Assembly: GCA_951406725.2 (NCBI GenBank)
Contig: OX597827.1
Location: forward strand, 57,288,001 to 57,352,000
Direction: 5' to 3'
From: Octopus vulgaris
Taxonomy: Eukaryota
DNA length: 64,000 bases
Shown here: piece after piece, positions 1 to 12,411 of the stretch
How the letters are laid out: each line of letters begins with the position of its first letter
Position numbering within the stretch: the stretch's first letter is position 1
Position numbers and translations under genes: made by a program
Notes under the pieces: model-generated
Told to the model about the DNA's origin: nothing
The model's database searches: none
What the model saw: the letters and a program-made list of their open reading frames with translations, nothing else

Positions 1-97
1 GGAGAATACTTTGAAGGCGATAAAAGTGTAAACATGTAAAACTAAGTGAATAAAATAATACTGCAAAACTCCGGTTTCTTTTGGGCAACCCCTCGTA
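1..97 (+). mobile_element. 3' end of a Tc1/mariner element (transposase C-terminus plus right TIR)
   Basis: Frame 1 reads GEYFEGDKSVNM*, a typical mariner C-terminus, followed by a TIR-like end ...ttttgggcaacccctcgTA. Confidence 0.65.
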
Positions 98-397
98 AAA
101 CAAAAAACAATTGCAACATTGGCTGAGAAAAACAGCGCTCAAAATCCAAAGCTGAAAAGTTTTTCGTTGTAGCACAAGAGAAAATTTTTCCTTCTAGAAA
201 CTACATAAGTATGTGATGAAACAGAATACGTGAATATGTGAAGGTTGGAAAATAGGAAATATCCACATTGTCACTTGTTGCCAAGTCTTAGTCAAGAGAG
301 GATACATCTCAGGCCTGTTGGAGTTGGTAGTTTTATACACTGAAAATTATGTCAGCGAAAAGAAACACTTGCGTTAAAAATTGGAAGAAACATATAC

Positions 398-569
398 AGG
401 CGCAGGAGTGGCTGTGTGGTAAGTAGCTTGCTAACCAACCACATGGTTCCGGGTTCAGTCCCACTGCGTGGCATCTTGGGCAAGTGTCTTCTGCTATAGC
501 CTCGGGCCGACCAATGCCTTGTGAGTGGATTTGGTAGACGGAAACTGAAAGAAGCCTGTCGTATATATG

Positions 570-600
<31 letters not shown>

Positions 601-820
601 TTGTGTGTCTGTGTTTGTTCCCCTAGCATTGCTTGACAACCGATGCTGGTGTGTTTACGTCCCCGTCACTTAGTGGTTCGGCAAAAGAGACCGATAGAAT
701 AAGTACTGGGCTTACAAAAGAATAAGTCCCGGGATCGAGTTGCTCGATTAAAGGCGGTGCTCCAGCATGGCCGCAGTCAAATGACTGAAACAAGTAAAAG
801 AGTAAAAGAGTAAAGAGTAG
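398..820 (+). mobile_element. tRNA-headed SINE family A with internal microsatellite, full-length
   Basis: A-box-like tggctgtgtgg, B-box-like ggttcagtccc, CORE-like cttgggcaagtgtctt, internal (TA)/(TG) tract and a (gtaaaaga)n tail; many copies in the window. Confidence 0.9.
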
Positions 821-860
821 AACAGGTTTCATAGAATCACAAAGCAATCATACTTTAGGA

Positions 861-1201
861 CGGTGGTTCTCAGCCATTTTTTACTAACGAACCCCTTTGA
901 TTACTATTTTATTCAGGTGGACACCCATAATCATTCGCTGTTTAAAAACTGGTTTTATACATACTTCTTTCAAAATTCCTATTTTGTTCATCACACACTC
1001 ACTTGAGTAGTTTAAACTACATAAAATGTTAGACAATGAAACTGAGCTGCTTCTTGCAATAAATACATCTGAAGTAAAACGTTTTTCATGGATTCTTAAA
1101 ATACTACCATGGATCCCCAATTTAATATTTTGCTGGCATGGACCCCACAAATTCTTATATGGACCCTCAGGGGTTGTATGGACTCCGGTTGAGAACCACT
1201 G
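861..1201. mobile_element. hAT-type MITE
   Basis: TIRs cggtggttctcagcc / ggttgagaaccactg; 8-bp TSD ctttagga / ctttagaa. Confidence 0.85.
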
Positions 1202-1659
1202 CTTTAGAATACCCTTTTCTACTCAAAGAAATCAAAAACAGTTGATGTGTTATTGTTGCCAAGAACACGCAAGAAAGAAAGTGTTCTCCAATCAAATATG
1301 TAACAGACGATCTCTTGACAAAATGGAGATACAAATATAACGATCTGAAAACAGATATTTAGAATGTGGGAACTAGAAATAAAAACAATTTCTATAATAA
1401 TAGATGACTTGGGAAAGATTTGAAAAATACGCTGACTTATACATAAGCCAAACTCTGGGACTTCAAATTGTCAGATAGATACAATATATAGAAAACACTA
1501 CGGCCAGATACTGTAAACATATATAGAGCATTTCACTGTGATCAACCATACAAAATCAAAACAAAACATCACACGTGCGCAAAGTTCATAGGGCTGCACT
1601 CAGTAATGCAGTGAAAACATGCAATAAAACTAAAACTACCGAATAATAATAATAATAAT

Positions 1660-2213
1660 GCCCTGATGCAGTACCAGGCAGTGGCTCTCATGGCTTCTGA
1701 TCTTAACTGATTGGAAGTGTTATCATGTACATTGTTTCGTCTTGGTATAAAAGATGGGCTACAGCAAATATTCTGCTCAATACCACAGATTTGCTTGTCA
1801 GTTGTTTGACCATAACCAGTTGAGCATGTCCCTTAGTGGCTGACGATATGTGCATCTCTGATCACGAGCAGAAGTAGTGGGGGAGCATCATAGTCATATG
1901 TTGAGAGGGATTGTTTGGGGTTTAAATAATTCACCTCTGGAAACATGGGTGTTTCATTTAACATCCTTAAATAACTCTTATTCAAGGACCTTTTGAGTGG
2001 GATGGGTTACTCGACCAGAAGAAAATTCTAACTGGGCCCCACCAGCAAGGTCATGTGCTGTTTATCTTCATATGAGATCACCATATCGCGCACATATGGT
2101 TGTGATGCATGTGCCTGGTGTACCCTTATCAGACGGGTAGTCATGATGGGTATACTGGGCTTCGTATATTTTACCCCAGTGTCACTTTGATGGCATGCAC
2201 TGCTCTCTCACTC
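1660..2213. mobile_element. ~555-bp non-coding element inserted in (AAT)n, copy 1
   Basis: Highly similar to 5206-5761 with the same boundaries; both ends abut AAT repeats. Confidence 0.85.
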
Positions 2214-2256
<43 letters not shown>

Positions 2257-2409
2257 GTTTCGTATTTTGACATAGGGTCGCCAGTTTTTGAAAGGAAGGG
2301 GAAGTAAGTCGATTGCATTAACTCCAGTACTTGACTGGTACTTATTTTATCGGTCCCGAAACAATGAAAGGCAAAGCCGACTTTGACGAGATCTGAGCTT
2401 AGGAGCCTT

Positions 2410-2648
2410 TAAAAAAAGACTATAACAGGAAACGAGGAAGAAAAGCAGCGAAGACCAGTCGAGACAGCAAAAAAGAGCTGCGGACGTCAGTTGCAGAGCA
2501 CCGTCAGTCAGAGGAAATGGTGGAGGAAGTCAAGTTTCATTCAGTACTTGATACAAGCGAACAATTACCCTGTCCCTTAATGGTAGTAATCGGAATGGTA
2601 GTACCATTCAATCGTTGCCTGTCGAGGGAGAAATAGTGATATTGGCAC
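2410..2648 (+). mobile_element. Decayed LINE ORF1-like fragment (inverted paralog of 4125-4345)
   Basis: Reverse-complement similarity to 4125-4345. Confidence 0.55.
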
Positions 2649-2909
2649 TTTGTCAATATCATTTAAGCACTTTGTCCGACGCGCTGACGATACTGACAGC
2701 TCGCCAAGGTCTTAAAGGAATGCAAAAATACGATGAACGTTCAATAGAGGGCCTACTAAGGGGTGTGTGTAAGGGATGAAACAAAAATGTTATGCAAAGA
2801 CGAAGTGGCAGATGAAATACGTTATTCAACTGGGAATAAATTAAAATTACGGAGATGTACTTGCATAGCAAGTGATTTGATCTGAGATTGTGTGCTGGAA
2901 CGAAAAGAA

Positions 2910-3093
2910 TTGCAGCGTGGAAGGTGTTTGTAAGCCATTTAAGAAACACAGCTGCATCTCAGATGCAGCACGGATTTTTGTCGCGGTCTTAAAGCGACGA
3001 AAATATTTTGACAAATTAAACTTAAATGTTGAAGTGAATCGAACGGCTTTTATTTGTTGCTTAAATGGTTCACAAACACCTTCCACGCTGCAA
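2910..3093. repeat. Inverted-repeat element, probable Penelope-like terminal remnant
   Basis: ~35-40-bp inverted arms ttgcagcgtggaaggtgtttgtaagccatttaag / cttaaatggttcacaaacaccttccacgctgcaa. Confidence 0.6.
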
Positions 3094-3458
3094 TAAATTA
3101 AAAATTTATAACATAAGCAATTTCACAGAAATAAATGAAAAATATAATAAAACACGATAATTAAAACCAATTGAAATTAAAAGGAAATAAAACGTGAAAA
3201 TCATAATTGATTCTCGTTCACATACAAGGAAGAACCTTCTAAGCTAGATCATTATCTGCCTGTCATTGTTTGTACTGCAGCCTCGTACCCACCTAAAGGT
3301 GTCAGTTAACATCTTTTCGAGTTGGTTAGGGCTGAATACGACCCACGTCTTAAGTCTAACATTTTCATTGGTTGTAATACATTTGTATTGTTTTTACCAA
3401 CAAACAAACTATGCTCTAACTCCAGTTGTGCCTCTGTCATTTTGATATCACTGAAGTA

Positions 3459-3846
3459 GTGGAGGCGCAATGGCCCAGTGGTTAGGGCAGCGGACTCGCG
3501 GTCATAGGATCGCGGTTTCGATTCCCAGACCGGGCGTTGTGAGTGTTTATTGAGCGAAAACACCTAAAGCTCCACGAGGCTCCGGCAGGGGATGGTGGTG
3601 ATCCCTGCTGTACTCTTTCACCACAACTTTCTCTCACTCTTTCTTCCTGTTTCTGTTGTACCTGTATTTTAAAGGGCCGGCCTTGTCACTCTCTGTGTCA
3701 CGCTGAATATCCCCGAGAACTACGTTAAGGGTATACGTGTCTGTGGAGTGCTCAGCCACTTACACGTTAATTTCACGAGCAGGCTGTTCCGTTGATTCCG
3801 ATCAACCGGAACCCTCGTCGTCGTAACCGACGGAGTGCTTCCATCC
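3459..3846 (+). mobile_element. tRNA-derived SINE family D, full-length
   Basis: A box tggcccagtgg, B-box-like gtttcgattccc, 12-bp TSD atcactgaagta; near-identical to 30099-30484. Confidence 0.92.
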
Positions 3847-3869
3847 ATCACTGAAGTATTTATGGTCTA

Positions 3870-4500
3870 ACAAACGTGTAATTTTGTCTATCAGCAGTTT
3901 TGGTCTTCGAATAACGATGAATCTCCTTTCATCGTTCTCTTCATCATCATCATCATCGTTGTCTTCCGCATTATATTGTGAAGGGACATCATTGTTTTTT
4001 TTGGAGAATTGTGTTCCTCCTCATCCAATTTTGCAATCTTCTCTTGCTGTTGATTTTCTTCATAGGGATTTCTTTCTCTTGTTTCCTTTTATATTTCTTC
4101 AAGTAGTTTGGGTACTTTCTCTGCTGCCAATATCATTTCTCCCTCGACACACAACGATTGAATGGTACTACTGATTACTACCATTGAGGGACAGGGTGAA
4201 TGTTCGCTTGTATCAAGAACTGAATGAAACTTGACTTTCTCCACCATTTCCTGTGACAGACGGTGTTCTGAAACTAGCGCCCGCAGTTCCTTTTGCTCGA
4301 CTGGTATTCGCTGCTTTTCTTCCTCGTTTTCTTTTATAGTCTTTTCAGTTCTTCAGGGCAAAAGACTCTTAAGTGATTCTTACAACGAAATGTACAGCAA
4401 CTAGGCATTGGATCCTGCACCATCTGTCTTGTGCCCTTTACCTCATTGCGTACATTTCCAGTATAGTCTTGTGGCCTTGTGAGGTTATTAGAACTTGTAA
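3870..4500 (-). pseudogene. Decayed LINE ORF1 fragment with degenerate CCHC zinc knuckle
   Basis: Minus-strand translation CCTFRCKNHLRVFC resembles C-x2-C-x4-H-x4-C. Confidence 0.5.
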
Positions 4501-5095
4501 ATCCACTCCGATATACATATTTTGTTCTCTGTATATGAGGGAAAAAAACGAAGTACAATCTTGAAGCTAGAATACTCTGAGGGAAAGGGATTATGAAAAG
4601 AAAGTGGGCATTATAATTCCTGAAACAAAATGGCAGAAAACCTCTTTGTGGTATTTATACTATAAAGCTGGATTTTGAGGAAATGTGAAAACATGTAAAT
4701 CAATATATTGAACTAAAAATAGAAACATATTTTATTTAAGCTGAACGTGGTCGATATACGTACAGCCATTAAAAAAACTATCAAAATAAAGTAATTGAAC
4801 AAACAAGTTAACGTCAACTGCATATTACTTCTGAGAATTCATACTGATAGTTTCACTTCGTAATGACAAACGCACAATAACCACGCCTTAGATAACTCTC
4901 GTTGGTTGTGGTACCGCCTCGGGGTAAAATTGAAAAGTAATGATAACGGTAATAATAATAATGATGGTCTCAAATTTTGGCACGGGAGTTTCGGGGGCGG
5001 GAAGAAAGTCGATTACATCGACCCCAGTGATCAACTGCTACTAATTTTATCGACTCCCGGAAGGACGAATGGCAAAGTCAACCTCAGCGGAATAA

Positions 5096-5179
<84 letters not shown>

Positions 5180-5205
5180 TAATAATCATAATAATAATAA
5201 TAGAT

Positions 5206-5761
5206 GCTCTGATTCAGTACCAGGCAGTGGCTCTCGTGGCTTCTGATCTTAACTGATTGGAAGTGTTACCATGTACATTGTTTTGTCTTGGTATAAAAGA
5301 TAGGCTACAGCAAATATTCTGCTCAATACCAGAGATTTGCTTGTCAGTTGTTTGACCTTAACCAGTTGAGCATGTCTCTTAGTGGCTGACAATATGTGCA
5401 TCGCTGATCACAAGCAGAAGTGGGGGGGGGGGGCATCATAGCCATGTGTTGAGAGGGATTCTTTGAGGTTTGAATAATTCACCTCTGGAAACATGGGTGT
5501 TTCGTTCAACATCCTTAAACAACACTTATTCAGGGACCTTTTGAGTGGGATGGGCTACTCGACCTGAAGAAAATTCTAACTGCACCCCACCTGCAAGGTC
5601 ATGCGCTGTTTATCTTGATATGAGATCACCATATCGCGCACATATGGTTGTCATGCATGTGCCTTGTGTACCCTTATCAGACAGGTAGTCATGATGTGTA
5701 TACTGGGCTTCGTTTATTTTATCTCAGTGTCACTTTGATGGCATGCACTGCTTTCTCACTC
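5206..5761. mobile_element. ~555-bp non-coding element inserted in (AAT)n, copy 2
   Basis: Paralog of 1660-2213, preceded by a long (AAT)n at ~5091-5201. Confidence 0.85.
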
Positions 5762-5789
5762 AATAATAATAATAATGATAATTTTCTCG

Positions 5790-5990
5790 TTCAAATATGG
5801 AGACTTGAGAATAGATGTCGAAAATGTGGAATATGAAAGCAAGAGTGATACCAGTTGTGATTGGAGTACTTGGGTCGGTGACGGAAAACCTTCAAAAACA
5901 CCTTGACACCATTGAAATCTGTCCCAGCATTACACCTCAAAAGACACTTTTTTTTATATATATAGTTAAGGCTAATAGGATTCTCAACAG
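5790..5990 (+). pseudogene. R4/Dong-clade non-LTR retrotransposon C-terminal (restriction-like endonuclease) fragment
   Basis: KYGDLRI/frameshift/SKMWNMKARVIPVVIGVLGSV matches the KY.DL...W....VIPVVIG.LG motif; begins just after an AAT repeat. Confidence 0.75.
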
Positions 5991-6589
5991 CTGCAAACAG
6001 CTTTCGTCTATGAACCAGCGCTCCTATAATCTCGAACCGCACTAAACAAGATGAAGTTTTCAGTTATTGAGAAAAGTTAGTTTTCCTTGTGGCTATTATA
6101 TACGAATCAAGAAGTTTTATATCATTCACTGAGCTTCTCTTATTCTAGGCCATGATCATTCACACTACAGAACTTTCAGGCTATGACCATACAAAGAAAG
6201 CAGGGTATTAACTTTAAGCAAAATGACTTCAGATTTGCAAATGAACTAGTTTATAACTGACGTCTTCCTGGCACCTAAACGTTTTCTACATCTCTGGAGA
6301 AGTTTTACCACTTTAAAGATGACTGTGGAAAACTGAAAGGAGGCTCGCCTCGTGAAGCCGGCGATCTGGCAGAAACGTTAGCACGCCGGGCGAAATTCCG
6401 CCGAGGTCGACAGTTTTTCATTTGAGCCATCATACATTACTGCGTGGCATTTTTTCTTTCTTCTTTTTTTTAGTCTGGGAGGAAGGAGTTTGGGAGTTCT
6501 TGACTGCTTGTACATTTTTCTGTGTCAGAGGGGGATGGGCAGGTTTGGTGTCTGTAGGTGGAGGGTGGGTCGAATGCCGCTAAAGATTC

Positions 6590-6822
6590 TTATTTCGTTA
6601 CTGCCCACAAGGGGACACACACAGAGGGGACAAACAAGGACAGACAAACGGATTAAGACGATTATATCGACCCCAGTGCGTAACTGTTACTTATTTAATC
6701 GACCCCGAAAGGATGAAAGGCAAAGTCGACCTCGGCGGAATTTGAACACAGAACGTAAAGACAGACGAAATACCGCTAAGCATTTCGTCCGACGTGCTAA
6801 CGTTTCTGCCAGATCGCCGCCT
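6590..6822 (-). mobile_element. SINE family C (Meta-domain-like core)
   Basis: Reverse complement of the family core gaggtcgactttgcctttcatcctttcggggtcgat. Confidence 0.88.
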
Positions 6823-7082
6823 TTATCGAAAATTAAAAGTAACAATAACAAAACAACAGGAGCACGTGCACATGGAATATATTAGTTCAATGCTCTGTAA
6901 GAAGAGAGAGTTTTTGACGTTTCGAGTATAATTCTTCGTCGGACAGGAAAACGGAAAGGTTTAAAGAAAGAAAGAAATGCATCACCAATATCCCCAACAT
7001 GGCTGAAATGACCGTGTATAGTTGTGGAGTCTATTTGTCATGTCGCCCGCAGAGAGCTTTTATCGTGAAGAGAAATGTTATT

Positions 7083-7235
7083 TCTATATATATAAAACTG
7101 AGAATGTGTGTCTGTCTGTCGGTCTGTCTGTGAGTTTCCCTAAAACTTGAGAACTACACAACCAATTTCATTCAAATTTTAGACATGCCTTACTTAAGGT
7201 CCGGAGAGTGTCATCGGCAAAAAAAAAGATGCTAG
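7083..7235 (+). mobile_element. 5' portion of a non-autonomous Helitron
   Basis: TCtatatatataaaa...gtgtgtctgtctgt start, similar to the 5' end of 46697-47091. Confidence 0.5.
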
Positions 7236-7472
7236 ATGGGTGGAAAAAATTGTAGTGATCAATAAAGAATCTCGTATATTTTATCTTCCATTTCTTTCAT
7301 TAATTTACATACCTGACTAAAGTAGTAGTAGTGGTATTCGTTCCTCCTCCTCCTCCTCTCCTTCTTCTTCCTCCTCCCCAACTCTTCTGTCTTCTTTTTT
7401 CTCGCTTCTTTTTCTGTCGAGTTTATGATAATGTGGTTGACGCTATTGTTACCGTAATCCATGTTGTATTTC

Positions 7473-7516
7473 GGCTAGAGTTCTTTCGTCACACTTCTGT
7501 GACCTCATCAGTAGTT
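7473..7516 (-). ncRNA. Minimal type I hammerhead ribozyme motif
   Basis: cta CTGATGA g gtcaca gaag tgtgac GAAA gaac TC tag. Confidence 0.7.
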
Positions 7517-7579
7517 CTTTGCTTTCTTCTTTCTTTTTTGTGTGTCAATCCTTAATAGTGATCTGCCATTTTGTATTCT

Positions 7580-7629
<50 letters not shown>

Positions 7630-7815
7630 AAACACGGAGAAAAAAGACAAGAAAAACAACAACGTGAGGATGTTGTACGTACAAAGTATTAATGAGACGC
7701 TCAGAGAAGGAAAGAAAGAGTGGCTGTTTTACGTTTCGAGCATAGCACTTCTTCGGAAGCAAGAGACATAGGAAAGTTTGAAAGAAAAGGAAGGAGAAAA
7801 AAATCGCCAACAGTC
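7630..7815 (-). mobile_element. Penelope-like terminal fragment with hammerhead-like motif (CCGAAGA core)
   Basis: tt CCGAAGA a gtgc tat gctc GAAAC GTA aa; related to ~6830-7000, 15573-15725 and 51510-51685; abuts (TA)n. Confidence 0.55.
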
Positions 7816-8147
7816 AACATGTAGTTACATTTTTGAAATGACCGGAAGTTGGTGGACAAAGAGAAAATGCTTTCTGGGACAGGAGAGTGTGAAGAATAGG
7901 TGGTATATGTGTGTATGTACGCGTGTGTGAGTAGTGGCATGTGTTTATGTGTGTGTGTGGCATTAACTGAGTGTGTGTGTGTCGTGGTGGCATGTGTGCA
8001 TGTGGTGGTGGTAGCATGTGTGCGTGTGAGAGCGTGTGTGTGTGTGGAAGTATCTGAGTGTGTGTGTGGTATTAACTGCTTACATGTGTTTTTTGTGTGG
8101 GTGGTCTGTATGTGTCTTAATGTCGTAGTGAGAGATCAATATAGTTT

Positions 8148-8581
8148 TAATAATAATCAGGAGAACGTAGATTTTCCACGTCTATAATTTTATTAAACAG
8201 TTATTTACAACATTCTTTTTGTGGATCTACGCGCGTTTCAAATGCATCAACTGCACACTGTTAAGTGTATATCCTGGTGTTATTATCAGTACAGTATCAT
8301 CAGGTGAACGATGGGTCATTGAAAGTACAACTATTTATTGTAACACCGACACTTTCTAAAATTAATTTATTCATTCAACTTCCTGATTTCGTCAGCTTAA
8401 CTTCGAATGGCAGTAAACAATGGACCCTGATGATACTGTACCGACAATAACACCAGGATGAACATCTAACAGTATGCAGTCGATGCAGTTGAAACGCACG
8501 TAGTTCTACACAAGAATGCTGTAAATAATTGTTTACTAAAATTATAGATGTGGAAAATCTCCGTTCGCCAGATTATTATTA
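8148..8581. mobile_element. Inverted pair of Penelope-like termini, each with a hammerhead motif
   Basis: ~155-bp inverted arms; CTGATGA...GAAAC GCGC GTA (minus, 8222-8303) and CTGATGA...GAAAC GCAC GTA (plus, 8421-8508). Confidence 0.7.
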
Positions 8582-8859
8582 ATATTATTATTCATTCTAC
8601 GGAAACTATGCAGTCCTGAATAGGACACTCGGATTTACCAAGTGAGAAAAATTACGGGAGTTTAACAGCTTTTTGCTAACTGAGTAACTCGGGTATCACC
8701 AAGATACGCTGTGGTTAGCCAGCATGCAAAACCGATTGAAGAGAAAACACGGAAACCGCCAGTGTTACATATCTCTTTGAAATCATTTTTGGATATATCT
8801 CTTTCTTTCTCTTTTTTTGTTCTCTCTCTCTTTTCTCTTTTACTTGTTTCAGTCATTTG

Positions 8860-9400
8860 ACTGCGGAATTTGAACTTAGAAGGTAAAGACCGACGAAATA
8901 TCACTAAGCATTTTGTCAGGTGTGCTGACCATTCGACCAAATATTCGTTTCTGCCATAGGCACAAGGCCTGAAGTTTTGTGGGAAGGGGTTAGTCAAGTG
9001 CTCGACTACCCAGTGCTCGACTGGTACTCAAGTACTCAAGTGCTCGACTGGTACTCATTTTATCGACTTCGAAAGGATGAAAGGCAAAGTCGACCTCGGC
9101 AGAATTTGAACTCAGAAAATAAAGACGGACGAAATTCTGCTAAGCATCTTTCCTGGCGTGCTAACCATTCTGCCAGCTCGCCGCTTTCGTCGCCTTAACT
9201 ATTAAGAAGTAATGATTTCAGATTTTGACTCAAAGTCAGTAACTTCTGGGTAGGGGTGATAGTCGGTTTCATCGATCCCAGTGTTTAACTGGTACTTATT
9301 TTATCGCTCCCACCACACTCCGAAGGATGAAAGGCCAAGTCAACTTTGGCAGACTCTGAACTCTGAAATCAGAACGTAAAATGCTGCTCAGCATTTTGTG
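8860..9400 (-). mobile_element. Cluster of SINE family C copies
   Basis: Repeated aaggatgaaaggcaaagtcgacctcggcagaatttgaactcagaa-like cores. Confidence 0.8.
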
Positions 9401-10149
9401 AGTCTTTATATGTTGTTGTCAAATGGGAATCTCACGTATTGTGCAAAGACGACGCCAGCAGCAACAAGACCTTTTGTTTAATATACAGGATTGTGGCTTC
9501 AGCTACTTTTAGCAGTTCTGCATTTTGTTCTTAATCTGGCTATACTCATCTAAATCTGAAAATTTCTAAAGGCTACAACGGAATATATTTGTAACAAACT
9601 GATCGAATAGCATTTAGACAACTCCAAAAGAAATTTTCTACAGGATTAAACGACCTTACAACATTAGCAACCAAATTTCACTCAAATAACACCCTGCCTT
9701 CTCTTTAAATGAAAGAGTCATTAGATTACGTAGCCTTCAATAATCTAGAGAATATGTCGGAATAAAACAGCGATTTGTGAACTTGCAGAATCGTTAGCAA
9801 GCTACACAAAATGCTTAGCAGTATATCTTCTAGCTTAACGTTTTGAGTTCAGTTTCTGCTGAGGTCTTCTTCTTCCAATCAGGACTCACGCCATTAGCCA
9901 CAGAGAATAATCTCTAATTCGAGCCTACTCTAAGCTACTAAGAATGCGTGCGGCAACTTGAAGATCCACCCACCACACGCAATAGACTGGCGGTTGCACA
10001 GGCGCGAAAGCTACGTTGTTATCCTCATTCCGTAAACGGTGGCTTTTAGCGGGTAGAGAGCTGAACCATCCTGGGGTACAGAGGATTCGCAATCTAGACT
10101 AGGATCTGAAAGTTTACCACGCCATAGTGGGTTACACTATGCTTCCTCT

Positions 10150-10354
10150 GCTTTATGGCAGAAGTAGGAAGAAAGAGTGAGAGAAAGTTGTGGTGAAAGA
10201 GTACAGCAGGGTTCACCCACTCTCCACGCCGGAGCATCGTGAAGCTTCGGTGTTTTTGCTTAATAAACACTCACAATGCCCGGTCTGGGAATCGAAACCA
10301 CGTTCTTACGACCGCGAGTCCGCTGCCCTAACCACTGGGCCATTGCGCCTCCAC
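10150..10354 (-). mobile_element. Partial SINE family D
   Basis: Reverse complement of the 5' half of 3459-3846. Confidence 0.8.
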
Positions 10355-11249
10355 TCTGCTGAGGTTGACTTTGCCGGTGATCTTTTCGGTGTCGATAAAA
10401 TTAGTACCAGTTGAACTCTGAGATCGATGTAATCGATTTCTCTTCCCCCTCAAAGTTGCTGGCTTTGTGCAAAAAATTAGAAAAAAAATATTGCCAGAAT
10501 AAATAAAAGACAAATGGGCAAGTTTTGAATATCTTTGACTATGGGTCTGCAACATCAACAGCAAAAGCAGTAAAATTGTGTAAATCTTGGCAAAAACGAT
10601 GAAATTCCGAACTAAATACCTTTTAGTATTCAATCTCATCCTTTTACGTTTTGAGTTCGAATCCTGTCAGAATTGTTACTATGGAGTCCAAAAATAATAA
10701 CTAATCTGTAAAGAACTCTAATACACTTTCTCCCTCTTTCCCTCTCTCTCTTTTCTCTGTCGTTCTGCCCCTCTCTCTCTCTCTCTTTCTCTCTCTTTCT
10801 CTTTCACACACACACTCTCTCTCTCTTTCTCTCTCACACACACACTCTCTCTCTTTCTCTCTCTTTCTTTACTGTTTATTTAGGGAGAGAAGGTTGGTGC
10901 CACATACTCTGAGACTGGCGTTGGGGAATGATTGGAGGAATATATGCTCAGATCAAAGACCTGGGCATCCAAAGACAAGGGCATCCAAAGACCAGGTTTT
11001 GGGGTTATACTAAACGAGGAATAACATCTTACTACCCAAGAATTCAAAACGCAAAGTATCAGAAGAAATACCATGAGGTATCACGCCCAACACTGACAAG
11101 TTTTTCGAACAACCACCATTAACTGGTACTTTATTTTATCGACCCCATAAAGATGAGCAGCAAAGTTGTCCTCTGCAAAAATTAATTTCGGACCCAGTTA
11201 AGAGAAATAATTATTACAATTAAATAGACGTTTTTTTTTTTAATAATGT

Positions 11250-11417
11250 AGGCGTACGAATGGCTATGTGGTGAAGAAGTTCCATTTGAAACCGCGTGGT
11301 TTTGGTTTCAATCCCATTACGCGGCTTCTTAGGCAAATGTCTTCTATTACAACCCTGGGCCGGGCCGACCAATGCCTTGTGAGTGAATTTGGTAGTAGGA
11401 AACTATGTGAAAGCCCG

Positions 11418-11476
<59 letters not shown>

Positions 11477-11670
11477 TGTTTGTGTGTGTGCTTGTGTTTG
11501 TGTCTGTCACCCACCATGCTTGACAACCGGTCCGGCAAAAGAAATCGATAGAATAAGTATCAGACTCTTAAAACAAAACAAGGGTATTCGGGATCGATTT
11601 GCACGGCTAAAGCCTTGAAGGCGATGCTACAGCATGGCCACAGTTTAACGACTGAAACAAGTAAAAGATA
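11250..11670 (+). mobile_element. SINE family A, diverged, with internal (TG)n
   Basis: Same head and tail as 398-820. Confidence 0.85.
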
Positions 11671-12170
11671 ATGATTTACAGCTTCATATACGAATATAAT
11701 CTTTCCTAAATGTTAGTGAAAGTCTGATGAGAACGTGTTATCAAGGATAACTTTATCACAAACATTAGTCTTAGAGTTAATGCTTAAACTGAGTCTAGTC
11801 ACTACTTGTGTAAGAAGACAGTTTATTTGTAAGCACGTGACCACCAAATGGATGACCAGGATTCCGATTGGGGTACGAATCTTTATCAGCTCCAAATGCT
11901 TATCCTCATGTGATATCTCATACAGTTATGAACAACTTATAACATTTTGGAATCCAACGAGAGAACATCTACACAATCACTCGGCTCGACCTCCTGCTTG
12001 ATATAGCACCTAAATCTCCCTCAGATCACATCTCACTATTCTAAAAAATAAAAGACAATACACTACGAGACAACAATGTCTAAAGGAAAGACCAGATAGT
12101 CATGGTTAGAATGGCTATGACCATAACTCTGATGTGGAACTTAACAACATCAATAACAATAACTAATGAT

Positions 12171-12411
12171 TATTTATATCCAAACTAACGTAGCAGTCCA
12201 TAGAAAAGGACGAATACAACCATTGATTAGCTCCGAGAGGCGATCGCCTCTAGGTAGCTATACGATGCACGAACCTACGTCCATAAACCTTCGAACCTGG
12301 ACGCAGGTTCGTGCGTCATATGGCTAACTAGAGGCGTTCGCCTCTCGGAGCTAATCAACGGCAGCATTCGTCCTATTTCTACGGACTGCCACGTTAGTTT
12401 GGCAATAAATA
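12171..12411. repeat. Fold-back inverted repeat (MITE-like)
   Basis: Arms 12180-12283 and 12298-12402 are reverse complements with about 13 differences and a 14-nt loop. Confidence 0.85.

Noticed and set aside
11722-11760. CTGATGA motif (also at 44776)
   Set aside because: No correctly placed GAAA, stems or cleavage triplet.
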